A DNA stretch of 64,000 bases. It comes from Hydrogenophilales bacterium 16-64-40 (GTDB taxonomy: Bacteria; Pseudomonadota; Gammaproteobacteria; Burkholderiales; Thiobacillaceae). Made by a program: the position numbers and the translations under genes. A model generated the notes under the pieces. The model saw only the letters and a list, made by a program, of their open reading frames with translations, was not told the DNA's origin and did no database searches. Of this stretch, positions 52,196 to 64,000 are shown piece after piece (within the stretch, counting starts at the first letter, position 1; every line of letters begins with the position of its first letter). Location: positions 6,441 to 70,440 of the forward strand of contig NCGX01000008.1 in assembly GCA_002256995.1 (NCBI GenBank). Direction: 5' to 3'.

Positions 52196-52257
52196 GGCGT
52201 GAGGCGTGTGGCGTGAGGCGCAGTCGGCGCCCCGCCTCACGCCTTTCGCCTCACGCT
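52196..52257. repeat. Heptamer-repeat palindrome (GGCGTGA)n ... (TCACGCC)n
   Basis: GGCGTGA GGCGTGT GGCGTGA GGCG, a 12-nt loop, then CGCC TCACGCC TTTCGCC TCACGCT. Confidence 0.8.
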
Positions 52258-52269
52258 TACGGAGTTGAT

Positions 52270-53346
52270 ATGAAATTAGCGGTTCTCCCCGGCGACGGCA
52301 TCGGCCCCGAAATCGTCGCGCAGGCGGTCAAGGTTCTGGAAGTCCTGCGCGCCGAGGGCGCGAAGATCGAAATGGAAACCGCGCCCATCGGCGGCGCCGG
52401 CTACGATGCCGCGGGCGACCCGCTGCCTGACGCGACGCTGAAACTCGCGCGCGAGGCCGACGCGGTGCTGCTCGGCGCCGTCGGCGGCCCGCAGTACGAC
52501 ACCCTCGATCGCCCGCTGCGCCCGGAACGCGGCCTGCTGCGCATCCGCAAGGAACTGAATCTCTTCGCCAACCTGCGCCCGGCGCTGCTGTATCCCGAGC
52601 TCGCATCGGCGTCCTCGCTGAAGCCCGACGTGGTGTCCGGGCTCGACCTCATGATCGTGCGCGAACTCACCGGGGACGTCTACTTCGGCCAGCCGCGCGG
52701 GATCGAGGTGCGGCCGAGTCCAAACGGGGGGAGCGAGCGTGTCGGCTTCAATACCATGCTGTATGCCGAATCCGAGGTGCGCCGCGTGGCACACGTGGCG
52801 TTCGGCATCGCGATGAAGCGCGGCAGGAAGCTGTGCTCGGTGGAGAAGGCCAACGTGCTGGAATGCTCCGAACTGTGGAAGGACGTGATGATCGAGGTGT
52901 CGAAGGACTACCCCGAGGTCGCGCTCTCCCACATGTACGTCGACAACGCGGCGATGCAGCTGATCCGCGCGCCGAAGCAGTTCGACACCATCGTCACCGG
53001 CAACCTGTTTGGCGACATCCTGTCGGATGCGGCCTCGATGCTGTCGGGCTCGATCGGCATGCTGCCGTCGGCATCGCTCGACGAGCACAACAAGGGCATG
53101 TACGAGCCGATTCACGGTTCCGCGCCCGACATCGCCGGCAAAAACCTGGCGAATCCGCTGGCGACCATCCTGTCGGTGGCGATGATGTACCGCTACACTT
53201 TTGCCGACCTGGCCACCGCCGACCGCATCGAAAACGCGGTCAAGAAAGTGATCGCGCAGGGTCTGCGCACCGGCGACATCTGGACCGAGGGCACGCGGAA
53301 AGTGTCGTGCAGCGAGATGGGCGACGCGGTGGTTAAAGGTTTGTGA
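52270..53346 (+). CDS. leuB: 3-isopropylmalate dehydrogenase
   Basis: [35 protein letters not shown] and [13 protein letters not shown]. Confidence 0.98.
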   Translation: MKLAVLPGDGIGPEIVAQAVKVLEVLRAEGAKIEMETAPIGGAGYDAAGDPLPDATLKLAREADAVLLGAVGGPQYDTLDRPLRPERGLLRIRKELNLFANLRPALLYPELASASSLKPDVVSGLDLMIVRELTGDVYFGQPRGIEVRPSPNGGSERVGFNTMLYAESEVRRVAHVAFGIAMKRGRKLCSVEKANVLECSELWKDVMIEVSKDYPEVALSHMYVDNAAMQLIRAPKQFDTIVTGNLFGDILSDAASMLSGSIGMLPSASLDEHNKGMYEPIHGSAPDIAGKNLANPLATILSVAMMYRYTFADLATADRIENAVKKVIAQGLRTGDIWTEGTRKVSCSEMGDAVVKGL

Positions 53347-53402
53347 GGAGTGAGGGGGGGCAGGCGTGAGGACGGAATCCTCATGCCTCGCCCCTCACGC
53401 CT
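53343..53402. repeat. Second, more degenerate GTGAGG / CCTCAC heptamer palindrome
   Basis: GTGAGGAGTGAGG..GGCGTGAGG-ACGGAAT-CCTCATGCC..CCCTCACGCC. Confidence 0.7.
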
Positions 53403-53425
53403 ACCCCGATTAATTGGAGACAGAG

Positions 53426-54538
53426 ATGATGAAGGTAGGACTGATCGGTTGGCGCGGCATGGTGGGTTCCGTGCTGATGGGCCGCATGAAGGAAGAGCGC
53501 GATTTCGACCACATCGATCCGGTGTTCTTTACCACGTCGAACGTCGGCGGCAAGGGCCCCGACATCGGTCGTGACGTGCCGGCGCTGAAGGATGCCGCCA
53601 GCATCGACGAACTGAAGCTGTGCGACACCATCATCACCTGCCAGGGCGGCGACTACACGAAAGAGATCTACCCGCAGCTGCGCGCGGCCGGCTGGGACGG
53701 CTACTGGATCGACGCCGCCTCGTCGCTGAGGATGAAGGACGAGGCTATCATCATCCTCGACCCGGTCAACGGCAACGTGATTCGCGACGGCGTCGCCAAC
53801 GGGGTCAAGACCTACGTCGGCGGCAACTGCACGGTGTCGCTGATGCTGATGTCGATGGGCGGGCTGTTCGACGCCGGGCTGGTCGAATGGGTGTCGCCGA
53901 TGACCTACCAGGCCGCCTCCGGCGCCGGCGCGCGCAACATGCGCGAGCTGATCGCCCAGATGGGCGCGGTGCATGCCGAAGTCGCGGACCTCCTCGACGA
54001 CCCGGCTTCGGCCATTCTCGAAATCGACCGCAAGGTGGCCGACTTCATCCGCTCCGATCGCTATCCGGTCGACGCCTGGCCGGTGCCGCTGGCGGGCAAC
54101 CTGATTCCGTGGATCGACGTGGCGCTGGAGTCCGGCCAGTCCAAGGAAGAATGGAAGGCGCAGGCCGAGGCCAACAAGATCATGCGCCGCAGCGACAAGC
54201 CGATCCCGATCGACGGCCTGTGCGTGCGCGTCGGCGCGATGCGCTGCCACTCGCAGGCGCTCACCATCAAGCTGACCCGCGACGTGCCGCTGGCCGACGT
54301 CCACAGCCTGATCGCCGCCCATAACCAGTGGGTGAAGGTGGTGCCGAACGACCGCGAGATCACCATGCGCGAACTCACCCCCGCTGCGGTGACCGGCACG
54401 CTCACCGTGCCGATCGGCCGCATGCGCAAGCTCACCATGGGGCCGGAGTACCTGGCCGCGTTCACGGTCGGCGACCAGCTGCTGTGGGGCGCGGCGGAGC
54501 CGCTGCGACGCATGCTGCGGATCCTGCTGGAAGCCTGA
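53426..54538 (+). CDS. asd: Aspartate-semialdehyde dehydrogenase
   Basis: [30 protein letters not shown] and [11 protein letters not shown]. Confidence 0.98.
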   Translation: MMKVGLIGWRGMVGSVLMGRMKEERDFDHIDPVFFTTSNVGGKGPDIGRDVPALKDAASIDELKLCDTIITCQGGDYTKEIYPQLRAAGWDGYWIDAASSLRMKDEAIIILDPVNGNVIRDGVANGVKTYVGGNCTVSLMLMSMGGLFDAGLVEWVSPMTYQAASGAGARNMRELIAQMGAVHAEVADLLDDPASAILEIDRKVADFIRSDRYPVDAWPVPLAGNLIPWIDVALESGQSKEEWKAQAEANKIMRRSDKPIPIDGLCVRVGAMRCHSQALTIKLTRDVPLADVHSLIAAHNQWVKVVPNDREITMRELTPAAVTGTLTVPIGRMRKLTMGPEYLAAFTVGDQLLWGAAEPLRRMLRILLEA

Positions 54539-54670
54539 GCAGATAAGGGCTGAAGGCATAAGACTCTGGCTGGTGCGGTTTGTGCACTAAAGATTGTGGC
54601 TGGCGAGCCGTCAATAGTGGCGTCAAGGATTCAACAGCTCCGCCGCGCGGGGCGAATAAGGAGATACTGG

Positions 54671-57064
54671 ATGAAATTGAAGCGCTTCACCACCCAACTG
54701 GTGGCTGCAGGCCTGATCGCCATGCCATTGATGGCGCACGCCGCAGGGCTGGGCAAACTGTCGGTCACCTCGGCGCTGGGTCAGCCGCTCGCGGCGGAGA
54801 TCGAATTGTTCGCGGCAGACAAAGCCGAACTCGATAGCCTGTCGGCCAGCCTCGCTTCCGATCAGGCTTTTCGCGACGCCCGCGTCGAATTTGCCCCGGT
54901 GTTGTCCTCTTTGCGTTTTGCGGTCGCGAAGAAGCCCAACGGCAAGACGGTGCTGAAAGTCAGCTCCAGCCGTCCGGTGAACGATCCCTTTATCGACATG
55001 CTGGTCGAGCTGAACTGGGGCTCGGGACGGCTGGTGCGCGAATACACCGTGCTGCTCGACCCACCGGGCATGGGCAGCGTCCAGACGGTGGCGCCCGTGG
55101 CCGTCGCGCCAGCCAGAACGGCCGTTGCCGCACCCGCGGCGGCTCCCCAGGCCACGACAGCGCCGGCCACTCCCCGCCCCTCTACGCCCGCCGCGCAAAC
55201 CGCGGCGCCGGATCGCGTGACGGTCAAGCGGGGTGATACGCTGACGCGGATTGCCAGTCGGGTGCGGCCGGAAGGCGTCAGCCTGGAGCAGACCCTGTTG
55301 GGGCTCTACCGCGAGAACGACCAGGCTTTTGACGGCAACATGAATCGCCTCAAGGCCGGCAAGACGCTCAACGTGCCGTCGGCTGAGAAAGTGGCGGCCA
55401 TTCCGCAACAAGAAGCCGTGCGTGAGATCAGGCTGCAGGCGGATGACTGGCGCGCCTATCGCCAGAAACTGGCCGGCGCGGTCAGCGCTGCCCCGGTGGC
55501 CCCGGTCGCCGCGGACCAGGCCAGCAGCGGCAAGATCACCCCCAAGGTGGAGGACCGCGCCAAGCCGACAGCCGAGGCCAAACAGGATGTGCTGAAGTTG
55601 TCCAGGGCCACACCGCCGACAACGGCCGCTGCCGGCAAAGCGGACGAAGCCCGTGCCCTGCAGGAAAAGCTTCGCGCCCAGGAAGAAGATGCGACCGCGC
55701 GTGAAAATGCGCTGGAGGAATCGGATCAGCGCGTGGCCACGCTGGAAAAGCAGATTCAGGATATGCAGAAGCTGGTCGAGATGCAGGAGCGGCAAGCTGA
55801 AGCGCCGGTTTCCGCGCCTGCCCCTGCCGTATCTGCGCCCGCGCCGGTCGCGCCAGTTGCGCTGGCCGCGTCGCCGCTGGTGGCCCCCGAACCCGCCGAA
55901 AACTGGTATGACCCCCTGCTCGCCAACCCGATGTATTGGGGCGGTGGCCTGGCGGCGCTCGGTCTGGGTGGGGTGCTGTGGTGGATGATGGCTGGCGGCG
56001 GTCGCCGTCGCAAAACGGGCAGCACCACGCTTGACGACAGCATCATGACCGGCGGTGACGTTCGACCCAATACCGTGATCGGTGCCGCGTCGGGCGGCAG
56101 CGTCAATACCGGCGACACCTCCTTCCTCACCGACTTCAGCCAGGTGGGCCTGGGAACCATCGATACCCACGATGTCGACCCCATTGCCGAAGCCGAGGTG
56201 TACATGGCCTATGGCCGTGATGCGCAGGCCGAAGAAATCCTCAAGGAGGCCATCAGCAACAATCCGGACCGTCACGAAATCCGCGTCAAGCTGCTGGAGA
56301 TCTACGCTGCGCAACGCAACACCGTGACGTTCGAGGCGGTCGCCGGCGAGCTCTATGCAGCACTGGGCAGCAAATCGAGTCCGCTGTGGGACAAGGCCTG
56401 CGAGATGGGCCGTAGCATCGATCCGACCAACCCGCTGTATGGCGGCGTGCAGTCGAGTGCAGCCACGGCAGCCACGGTGGCGGCCACTGCTGCGGTGGCC
56501 GGTGGCGCCGTGGCGTTTGCCGACGAATCCGCACGCAAGCCCGTCGCCGACATCCAGCCGGCAGCCCCGGTTGAAATCGAAGCGGCGCCCGAGCCCGAAC
56601 CTGAGCCTGAGCCCGAGCCCGAGCCCGAGCCTGAATTCGTCACAGCCAGCGGGCCACTGGAATTCGAGTCGGCAGGCCACGTGCTCAATTTCGATTCTCC
56701 GCCCGAGGCAGCCCTGGCGCCCGAGTCGGGCTACGTGGAAATGGACACCCTGGGCCTCGACTTCGACCTGCCGGATCTGGATTTGCCCGCGACGGCAGAC
56801 GACACGCTGAAACTCGATCTGGGCTTGGATGAAGACAATGGCCCGGACAGCAAATTTGATTTCAGCGGGCTCGACCTCGACCTGGGCGAAGCCGACGGCA
56901 ACGAGCTCGAGCTGGACGAAGTCGGCACCAAGCTCGACCTTGCTCGCGCCTATGTGGAAATGGGCGACAAGGAAGGTGCACGTGAAATCCTCAACGAAGT
57001 GCTGGCCGAAGGCAGCGACAAGCAAAAGGCCGATGCGAAAGGGATGTTGAGTTCGCTTGCTTAA
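54671..57064 (+). CDS. fimV: FimV/HubP polar landmark protein
   Basis: GLGKLSVTSALGQPL, GRLVREYTVLLDP, LysM, TM, DPIAEAEVYMAYGR and TKLDLARAY. Confidence 0.93.
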   Translation: MKLKRFTTQLVAAGLIAMPLMAHAAGLGKLSVTSALGQPLAAEIELFAADKAELDSLSASLASDQAFRDARVEFAPVLSSLRFAVAKKPNGKTVLKVSSSRPVNDPFIDMLVELNWGSGRLVREYTVLLDPPGMGSVQTVAPVAVAPARTAVAAPAAAPQATTAPATPRPSTPAAQTAAPDRVTVKRGDTLTRIASRVRPEGVSLEQTLLGLYRENDQAFDGNMNRLKAGKTLNVPSAEKVAAIPQQEAVREIRLQADDWRAYRQKLAGAVSAAPVAPVAADQASSGKITPKVEDRAKPTAEAKQDVLKLSRATPPTTAAAGKADEARALQEKLRAQEEDATARENALEESDQRVATLEKQIQDMQKLVEMQERQAEAPVSAPAPAVSAPAPVAPVALAASPLVAPEPAENWYDPLLANPMYWGGGLAALGLGGVLWWMMAGGGRRRKTGSTTLDDSIMTGGDVRPNTVIGAASGGSVNTGDTSFLTDFSQVGLGTIDTHDVDPIAEAEVYMAYGRDAQAEEILKEAISNNPDRHEIRVKLLEIYAAQRNTVTFEAVAGELYAALGSKSSPLWDKACEMGRSIDPTNPLYGGVQSSAATAATVAATAAVAGGAVAFADESARKPVADIQPAAPVEIEAAPEPEPEPEPEPEPEPEFVTASGPLEFESAGHVLNFDSPPEAALAPESGYVEMDTLGLDFDLPDLDLPATADDTLKLDLGLDEDNGPDSKFDFSGLDLDLGEADGNELELDEVGTKLDLARAYVEMGDKEGAREILNEVLAEGSDKQKADAKGMLSSLA
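56588..56635 (+). repeat. (Pro-Glu)8 hexanucleotide tract inside fimV
   Basis: CCC/CCT-GAG/GAA repeated 8 times. Confidence 0.85.
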
Positions 57065-57671
57065 ATCGCTTCATCCGGCTGCCCGCATCCTGTTGTGGTG
57101 CGGGTGGGCAGTGGCGGTGGAACGCGCTGCACTGTCCGTGTTGATTCTCCTGGCCGTCGCCACCGCGACGGCCTTTCTGTTTGCGTCGATCCGCCATGAA
57201 GCGTGGCGCCTGCTGCGGCGCACCCGCTGGCTGATGGCGGTGCTGCTGCTCACCTATGCCTACATCATTCCGGGTGACGCACTGTGGCCGGCGCTGGGGT
57301 GGGCGAGTCCAGGCATCGAAGGCCTGCATCAAGGCGCACTGCGTGTCGGGCGGCTGGTGTTGATGCTGGCCGGGCTGGCCGTGCTGCTGGCGTTTACGTC
57401 CCGTTCCCGCCTGATTTATGGTCTCTATGCACTGGCCCGACCGCTGACCTGGTTCGGCTTTGACCGCCGCGCCTTTGCGGTGCGCCTGGGACTGACCCTG
57501 GACTATGTCGAGCATGCGCCCAAGCCGGCGCGCTGGCTGGATGCGCTGCGCATGCCGCTGTCCGACGAGGCCACGCCCACCACCTACACCCTCGAGGTCG
57601 AGTGCTGGCAAAGCCGCGACAGCGCCGTCATACTCGCGGGCCTGCTTCTGCTGTGGATCGTATTGGCATGA
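57057..57671 (+). CDS. EcfT/CbiQ-like transmembrane protein (orphan)
   Basis: LHPAARI, LLRRTRWL, LIYGLYAL and FAVRLGLTLDY; multi-TM. Confidence 0.7.
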   Translation: MLKSLHPAARILLWCGWAVAVERAALSVLILLAVATATAFLFASIRHEAWRLLRRTRWLMAVLLLTYAYIIPGDALWPALGWASPGIEGLHQGALRVGRLVLMLAGLAVLLAFTSRSRLIYGLYALARPLTWFGFDRRAFAVRLGLTLDYVEHAPKPARWLDALRMPLSDEATPTTYTLEVECWQSRDSAVILAGLLLLWIVLA

Positions 57672-57683
57672 GACCAAGCTGAA

Positions 57684-58463
57684 ATGAGAATCGTATTGGG
57701 TCTGGAGTATTGCGGCGTCGGCTTTTGCGGCTGGCAGTCCCAACTGCAAGGCTGCGGCGTGCAGGATGCGCTGGAAGCCGCGGTGTCGATCATCGCCGGC
57801 GAAAAAACAAGCATCATCGCCGCCGGACGCACCGACACCGGCGTCCATGCGGCATTGCAGGTGGTGCATTTCGACACCACGGTGACGCGCCCGCTCACCG
57901 CCTGGGTGCGCGGCGTCAACAGCCATCTGCCGGCAGGCGTGGCCGTGCTGTGGGCGCGCGAAGTCGGAGCGGATTTCCATGCGCGGTTTGCCGCCACCCA
58001 TCGCGGTTACCGCTACGTGCTGTTGAATCACCCGGTGCGGCCGGGGATCAACGATGGCCTGATCGGCTGGTATCACCGTCCGCTCGATGCCGCCGCGATG
58101 AACCTGGCCGCAGCGCACCTGATCGGGCAGCACGATTTTTCCGCTTTTCGCGCCGCGGCATGCCAGGCCAAATCGCCGGTCAAGGAACTGCGGCGGGCGC
58201 ACATCGAGCGACGTGGCGAGTATCTTTTATGCGACTTCCATGCCGACGGTTTCCTGCACCACATGGTGCGCAACCTTATGGGTTGCCTTGTCCAGGTCGG
58301 TGCAGGCGCGCAGCCGCCCGGGTGGATGCATGAGATCCTGATCGGCCGCGACCGTGCGCTTGCTGCCCCCACCTTCGACGGCGCCGGCTTGTATCTCACC
58401 CACATCCGGTATCCTGCGCACTTTGGCTTGCCTGAAACCTCCGACCGATGGCTGTACGCGTAA
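57684..58463 (+). CDS. truA: tRNA pseudouridine(38-40) synthase
   Basis: [20 protein letters not shown] and FLHHMVRN. Confidence 0.97.
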   Translation: MRIVLGLEYCGVGFCGWQSQLQGCGVQDALEAAVSIIAGEKTSIIAAGRTDTGVHAALQVVHFDTTVTRPLTAWVRGVNSHLPAGVAVLWAREVGADFHARFAATHRGYRYVLLNHPVRPGINDGLIGWYHRPLDAAAMNLAAAHLIGQHDFSAFRAAACQAKSPVKELRRAHIERRGEYLLCDFHADGFLHHMVRNLMGCLVQVGAGAQPPGWMHEILIGRDRALAAPTFDGAGLYLTHIRYPAHFGLPETSDRWLYA

Positions 58464-59064
58464 AAATCTGCGGCATCACCCGACTGCAGGACCTGCATGC
58501 CGCCTGCGACGCCGGCGCAGACGCGCTGGGTTTCGTGTTCTACGAGAAAAGTCCGCGTCACCTGAGCATCGCGAACGCCGCCGCGCTGCTGCGCGAACTG
58601 CCGCCGTTCGTGCAGAGCGTGGGACTCTTCGTCGATGCAGAACCGGCGTTCATCGAGTCCGTTCTGCAGGCCGTTCCGCTCGACCTGCTGCAGTTTCACG
58701 GCGACGAGACGCCGGCCGACTGCGCGCGCTTCGGCCGGCCCTATATCAAGGCGGTGCGTGTGAATCGGGAGACGGATTTGCTAAAATGCGCGGCTGACTT
58801 CGATGCCGCGTGCGGCCTGCTGCTCGACGCCTGGGTGCCCGGCGTGCCGGGTGGCACCGGCGAAAGGTTCGACTGGACCTTGATCCCGGCGAATCTGCCC
58901 AAACCAGTCATCCTGTCGGGCGGACTGACGCCGGACAACGTCGCCGAAGCGGTGCAGCGCGTGCACCCGTGGGCGGTGGATGTGTCTTCCGGCGTGGAAA
59001 TTTCGAAAGGCATCAAGGACGCGCACAAGATTGCGCAATTCATAGCGAAAGCGAAAGACGCATC

Positions 59065-59068
<4 letters not shown>
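58448..59068 (+). CDS. trpF: Phosphoribosylanthranilate isomerase
   Basis: [21 protein letters not shown] and VDVSSGVE. Confidence 0.97.
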
Positions 59069-60264
<1,196 letters not shown>

Positions 60265-60305
60265 GGCGCCCCTTCCTTGAACCGAATTTTCCAGAAGACC
60301 GAACC

Positions 60306-61112
60306 ATGAGCCGCATCGGCCAGACCTTCATCGCGCTCAAAGCGCACAACAAGAAAGCCCTAATTACCTTCATCACCGCCGGCGATCCCGGCAAGGGGCT
60401 GACGGTGCCGCTGATGCACGTGCTGGTGGAGGCCGGTGCCGACATCATCGAGCTCGGGGTGCCGTTTTCCGACCCGATGGCCGACGGTCCGGTGATCCAG
60501 CGGGCGTCCGAGCGGGCGCTGGCGAACAAGGTCGGGCTCAAGGACGTGCTGGCAATGACGGCGGAATTCCGCAAGACCAACACGACGACGCCGGTGGTGC
60601 TGATGGGCTATGCCAATCCGGTCGAGCACATGGGCTACGAGACCTTTGCACTGGCGGCGAAGGCGGCCGGGGTGGACGGCGTGCTGACGGTGGACATCCC
60701 GCCGGAGGAATCGTTGGGCGTGTCGGACGTCTTCAAGGCGCACGGCCTCGACCCGATTTTCCTGCTGTCGCCGACCACGCCCGAATCGCGGGTGGAGCAA
60801 GTGGCGGCGGTCGCCGGCGGTTTCATTTACTACGTGTCGCTCAAGGGCGTGACGGGGTCGGCCAATCTCGATATGGATGAAGTGGCGCAAAAGCTTGCCG
60901 TCATCCGCAAGCATTGTGACCTGCCGGTCGGCGTGGGCTTCGGCATCCGCGACGCGGCGACCGCCGAGGCGGTGGCGCGGATTGCCGACGCCGTGGTGGT
61001 GGGCAGCCGCATCGTGAGCGAGATCGAGACCGCGCCGGAAGGCGAGTGCGCCACTCGCGTCAAGCAGCTGGTGGCCGAGTTGCGCCGCGGCGTCGACGCA
61101 GCATCGAAATAA
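60306..61112 (+). CDS. trpA: Tryptophan synthase alpha
   Basis: [27 protein letters not shown] and VGFGI. Confidence 0.98.
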   Translation: MSRIGQTFIALKAHNKKALITFITAGDPGKGLTVPLMHVLVEAGADIIELGVPFSDPMADGPVIQRASERALANKVGLKDVLAMTAEFRKTNTTTPVVLMGYANPVEHMGYETFALAAKAAGVDGVLTVDIPPEESLGVSDVFKAHGLDPIFLLSPTTPESRVEQVAAVAGGFIYYVSLKGVTGSANLDMDEVAQKLAVIRKHCDLPVGVGFGIRDAATAEAVARIADAVVVGSRIVSEIETAPEGECATRVKQLVAELRRGVDAASK

Positions 61113-61124
61113 GGGGAGAACAAC

Positions 61125-61991
61125 ATGAGCTGGTTCCAGAAAATACTGCCGCCCAAAATCAAGCGCCGGGTGGAGGCGCGCAAATCGATGCCGGAAGGGC
61201 TGTGGTCGAAGTGCCCGGCCTGCAACGAGGTGCTCTACCGCGCCGACCTCGAAAGCAACCTGGAGGTGTGCCCCAAGTGCGGTCACCATCACCGCATCGG
61301 TGCCCGCGCGCGGCTGGCCATGCTGCTGGATGCCGAAGGCCAGCACGAGATCGGCGCGACGGTCACGCCGCTCGATCCGCTGAAATTCAAGGACGGCAAG
61401 AAATATCCCGACCGCCTGAAGGAAGCCCAGGCCGGCACCTCGGAAACCGACGCGCTGGTGGTGCTGGGCGGCAGCGTCAAGGCGGTGCCGGTGGTGGCAG
61501 CGGCGTTCGAGTTCAAGTTCATGGGCGGATCGATGGGCTCGGTCGTGGGCGAGCGCTTTGTCCTCGGCGTGGAAGCGGCGATCGAGTCCAACTCGGCCTT
61601 CATCTGCTTTGCCGCCAGCGGCGGCGCACGCATGCAGGAAGGCCTGTTTTCCTTGATGCAAATGGCCAAGACCTCGGCCGCGCTGACGCAGTTGTCGCGC
61701 AACCGACTGCCCTTCATTTCGGTGCTGACCGATCCCACCATGGGCGGCGTGTCGGCCAGCTTCGCCATGCTGGGCGACCTGATCATCGCCGAGCCGAATG
61801 CGCTGATCGGCTTCGCCGGCCCGCGCGTGATCGAGCAGACGGTGCGCGAGACGCTGCCGGAGGGCTTCCAGCGTGCTGAATTCCTGGTCGACAAGGGCGC
61901 CGTCGACCGCATCATCGACCGCCGCCAGATGCGCGACGAACTCGCCACCGCGCTGGCGATGATGATGGGCCGTCCCGCCCTGGCCGCGTAG
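61125..61991 (+). CDS. accD: Acetyl-CoA carboxylase carboxyltransferase beta
   Basis: Zn finger [24 protein letters not shown] and [12 protein letters not shown]. Confidence 0.98.
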   Translation: MSWFQKILPPKIKRRVEARKSMPEGLWSKCPACNEVLYRADLESNLEVCPKCGHHHRIGARARLAMLLDAEGQHEIGATVTPLDPLKFKDGKKYPDRLKEAQAGTSETDALVVLGGSVKAVPVVAAAFEFKFMGGSMGSVVGERFVLGVEAAIESNSAFICFAASGGARMQEGLFSLMQMAKTSAALTQLSRNRLPFISVLTDPTMGGVSASFAMLGDLIIAEPNALIGFAGPRVIEQTVRETLPEGFQRAEFLVDKGAVDRIIDRRQMRDELATALAMMMGRPALAA

Positions 61992-61994
61992 GGC

Positions 61995-63272
61995 GTGGCG
62001 GCACGCTCGGGCCTTTCGCTGGCCAACTGGCTGGCGCGGCTGGAGCAGTTGCATCCCAGCACCATCGAACTGGGACTCGACCGGGTGCGCCGGGTCAAGG
62101 ATGCGCTGGGCCTCGCACCGGCTTTCCCGCTTGTCGTCGTCGGCGGCACCAACGGCAAAGGCTCCACCTGCGCCTATCTCGAAGCGATCCTTGGCGTCGC
62201 CGGTTACAAGACCGGCCTCTACACCTCGCCGCACCTCTTGCGCTACAACGAGCGGGTGCGGATCGCCGGCCAGGAATCCGCCGACGCCGCGCTGGTTCAG
62301 GCATTCGAGCGGATCGACGCCGCGCGCGGCGACACCTCGCTGACCTATTTCGAATTCGGCACGCTGGGCGCGATGGTGCAGTTCATCGACGCCGGCGTCG
62401 ATGTGGCCATCCTCGAGGTCGGCCTCGGCGGGCGGCTCGACGCGGTCAACGTGTTCGACGCCGCGGCCGCGATCGTCACCAGCGTCGATCTCGACCACAT
62501 GGAATATCTGGGCGACACCCGCGAGCAGGTCGGCTTCGAGAAGGCGGGCATCTACCGCGCCGGCCGCCCCGCCATCTGCGCCGACCCGGCGCCGCCCGCC
62601 AGCCTGCTCGCGCATGCCCGGCAGATTGGCGCCGACCTGCGCTGCGTGGAGCGCGACTTTTCCGCGCAGCGCGAGGGCGACCGGTGGACCTATCGCAGCC
62701 AGGCCGTCGTCTGGCCGGCACTGCCGCTGCCCGCCATGGCGGGGGCCTTTCAGTTGCGCAACGCAGCCGCCGCGCTGGCGGCGTTGGAGGCCGTGCGCGA
62801 CCGCCTTCCGGTGAGCGAGGCGGCAATTCGTCAGGGGCTGGCCCAGGCACGCGTGGCGGGGCGGTTCCAGCGCATTGCCCGTGCGCCCGACGTCATTCTC
62901 GACGTGGCGCACAACCCGGAAGCGGCGCGGGCGCTGGCCGCCACCCTGCGCGAGCAGCCCGTGGCCGGGCGCACGCTGGCAGTGGTTGGCATGCTGGCCG
63001 ACAAGGATGCGGCGGGGGTGTTTTCCGCGCTAAGGGGCGAGATCGATGCGTGGTGGACATGCACCCCCGACTCGCCGCGCGCGCAGGATGCTGCGGCGCT
63101 GGCCGTCACCCTGCGCGCGCATGCGGGCAGCACACCGGTCAGCGTGCAGACGGATGTGAACACGGCGCTCGCGGAGGCGCAAAGCGCGGCGTGTGAAGGT
63201 GATAGAATTCTCGTCTTCGGTTCGTTCCACACCGTAGCAGCCGTCCTCGACCATGCCACCATCCAGCAGTGA
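61995..63272 (+). CDS. folC: Folylpolyglutamate/dihydrofolate synthase
   Basis: GTNGKGST, YTSPHL, EVGLGGRLDAVN and LDVAHNP. Confidence 0.97.
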   Translation: MAARSGLSLANWLARLEQLHPSTIELGLDRVRRVKDALGLAPAFPLVVVGGTNGKGSTCAYLEAILGVAGYKTGLYTSPHLLRYNERVRIAGQESADAALVQAFERIDAARGDTSLTYFEFGTLGAMVQFIDAGVDVAILEVGLGGRLDAVNVFDAAAAIVTSVDLDHMEYLGDTREQVGFEKAGIYRAGRPAICADPAPPASLLAHARQIGADLRCVERDFSAQREGDRWTYRSQAVVWPALPLPAMAGAFQLRNAAAALAALEAVRDRLPVSEAAIRQGLAQARVAGRFQRIARAPDVILDVAHNPEAARALAATLREQPVAGRTLAVVGMLADKDAAGVFSALRGEIDAWWTCTPDSPRAQDAAALAVTLRAHAGSTPVSVQTDVNTALAEAQSAACEGDRILVFGSFHTVAAVLDHATIQQ

Positions 63273-63873
63273 AAATGACCTCAAACGCCGCGCCCGGCGG
63301 CGCCTGATTGGCGCGGTTGCGCTAACCCTGCTGGCGGTGATCGTGCTGCCGCTGTTGCTGGAAGACGAGCCGCCGCCAGCAAGTTCGCTGGCCGTGCACA
63401 TGGTGGCGGCACCCCAACCGGTCCCCGATCCCGTGGTCCCTGATCCCGTCGCGCAGCCGGATCCGGCTGTTGAACCCGAGGTGGCAGCCGCGCCGCCGCC
63501 GCCGCCCGCCCCTCAGATCGAACCCGCCAAGCCGGTGCCTCAAGCCGAGCCCGCGCCCAAGCCTGAACCAGTCAAAGCGGCACCGGTCAAACCGGTGTCC
63601 GCGCCGTCCAAGCCCGCTGCGACGCCTGCGCCCCAGGCCAAGCCCACGGCAGCCAGCGAGGCCTTTGTGGTGCAGCTGGCCGCCCTGTCCGATTCCGTCA
63701 AGGCCCAGGCACTCAAGGCGCGCGCCGCCGAGGCCGGGTTGCCGGCCTACACGGACAAGCTGGGCGCCTTGACGCGCGTGCGGGTGGGGCCCTATCCGTC
63801 GCGCGAAGCGGCCGTGGCGGCCGCAGTGAAGCTGGCGGAAAACGGCATGACCGGGCAGATCCTCACCAGGTGA
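63253..63873 (+). CDS. dedD: SPOR-domain cell division protein DedD
   Basis: KRRARRRLIGA, TM segment, Pro-rich linker and SPOR domain (RVRVGPY). Confidence 0.88.
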   Translation: MPPSSSENDLKRRARRRLIGAVALTLLAVIVLPLLLEDEPPPASSLAVHMVAAPQPVPDPVVPDPVAQPDPAVEPEVAAAPPPPPAPQIEPAKPVPQAEPAPKPEPVKAAPVKPVSAPSKPAATPAPQAKPTAASEAFVVQLAALSDSVKAQALKARAAEAGLPAYTDKLGALTRVRVGPYPSREAAVAAAVKLAENGMTGQILTR

Positions 63874-63875
63874 GC

Positions 63876-64000
63876 ATGCTCGACCTCATCGTGCTGCTGG
63901 TGCTGATTCTCACCGTGGTGCGCGGCCTGATGCTCGGCATGGTCGACACGCTGTTTTCGCTGGCGGCCTGGGTGCTGGCGTTCATGCTGGGCAAGTGGGG
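63876..64000 (+). CDS. cvpA: CvpA colicin V production protein (partial, runs off the window)
   Basis: MLDLIVLLVLILTVVRGLMLGMV..LFSLAAW; folC-dedD-cvpA synteny. Confidence 0.85.
   Translation, partial: MLDLIVLLVLILTVVRGLMLGMVDTLFSLAAWVLAFMLGKW

Overview
A ~65% GC betaproteobacterial chromosome segment. Gene content and order suggest a Thiobacillus-like sulfur-oxidising autotroph (inference; no rRNA is present). About two thirds is conserved housekeeping: tex; valS-holC-pepA / lptFG; roxA, bcp-slyD-accA-tilS; ndk-rlmN-pilW-rodZ-ispG-hisS-yfgM-bamB-der; leuCDB-asd-fimV-truA-trpFBA-accD-folC-dedD-cvpA. Two accessory patches (about 1-16.5 kb and 39-49 kb) carry a divergent phosphoribulokinase paralog, two PEP-CTERM surface proteins (one with a DUF3494 ice-binding-like domain), several c-di-GMP genes, a soluble Cache/PDC-like protein, a probable adenylylsulfate:phosphate adenylyltransferase and a DsrC/TusE-like protein lacking the terminal Cys. 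Non-coding structure read directly from the sequence includes sigma-54 promoters with a shared TGTCG-N5-CTTTAC enhancer motif and an IHF site, a 168-bp MITE-like element bounded by CTAG, tandem REP-like hairpins with compensatory base changes, heptamer-repeat palindromes on both sides of leuB, and a frameshifted yqjK-like pseudogene. I found no tRNA, rRNA, CRISPR array, integrase or transposase. All family assignments come from motif recognition and memory, not database searches.
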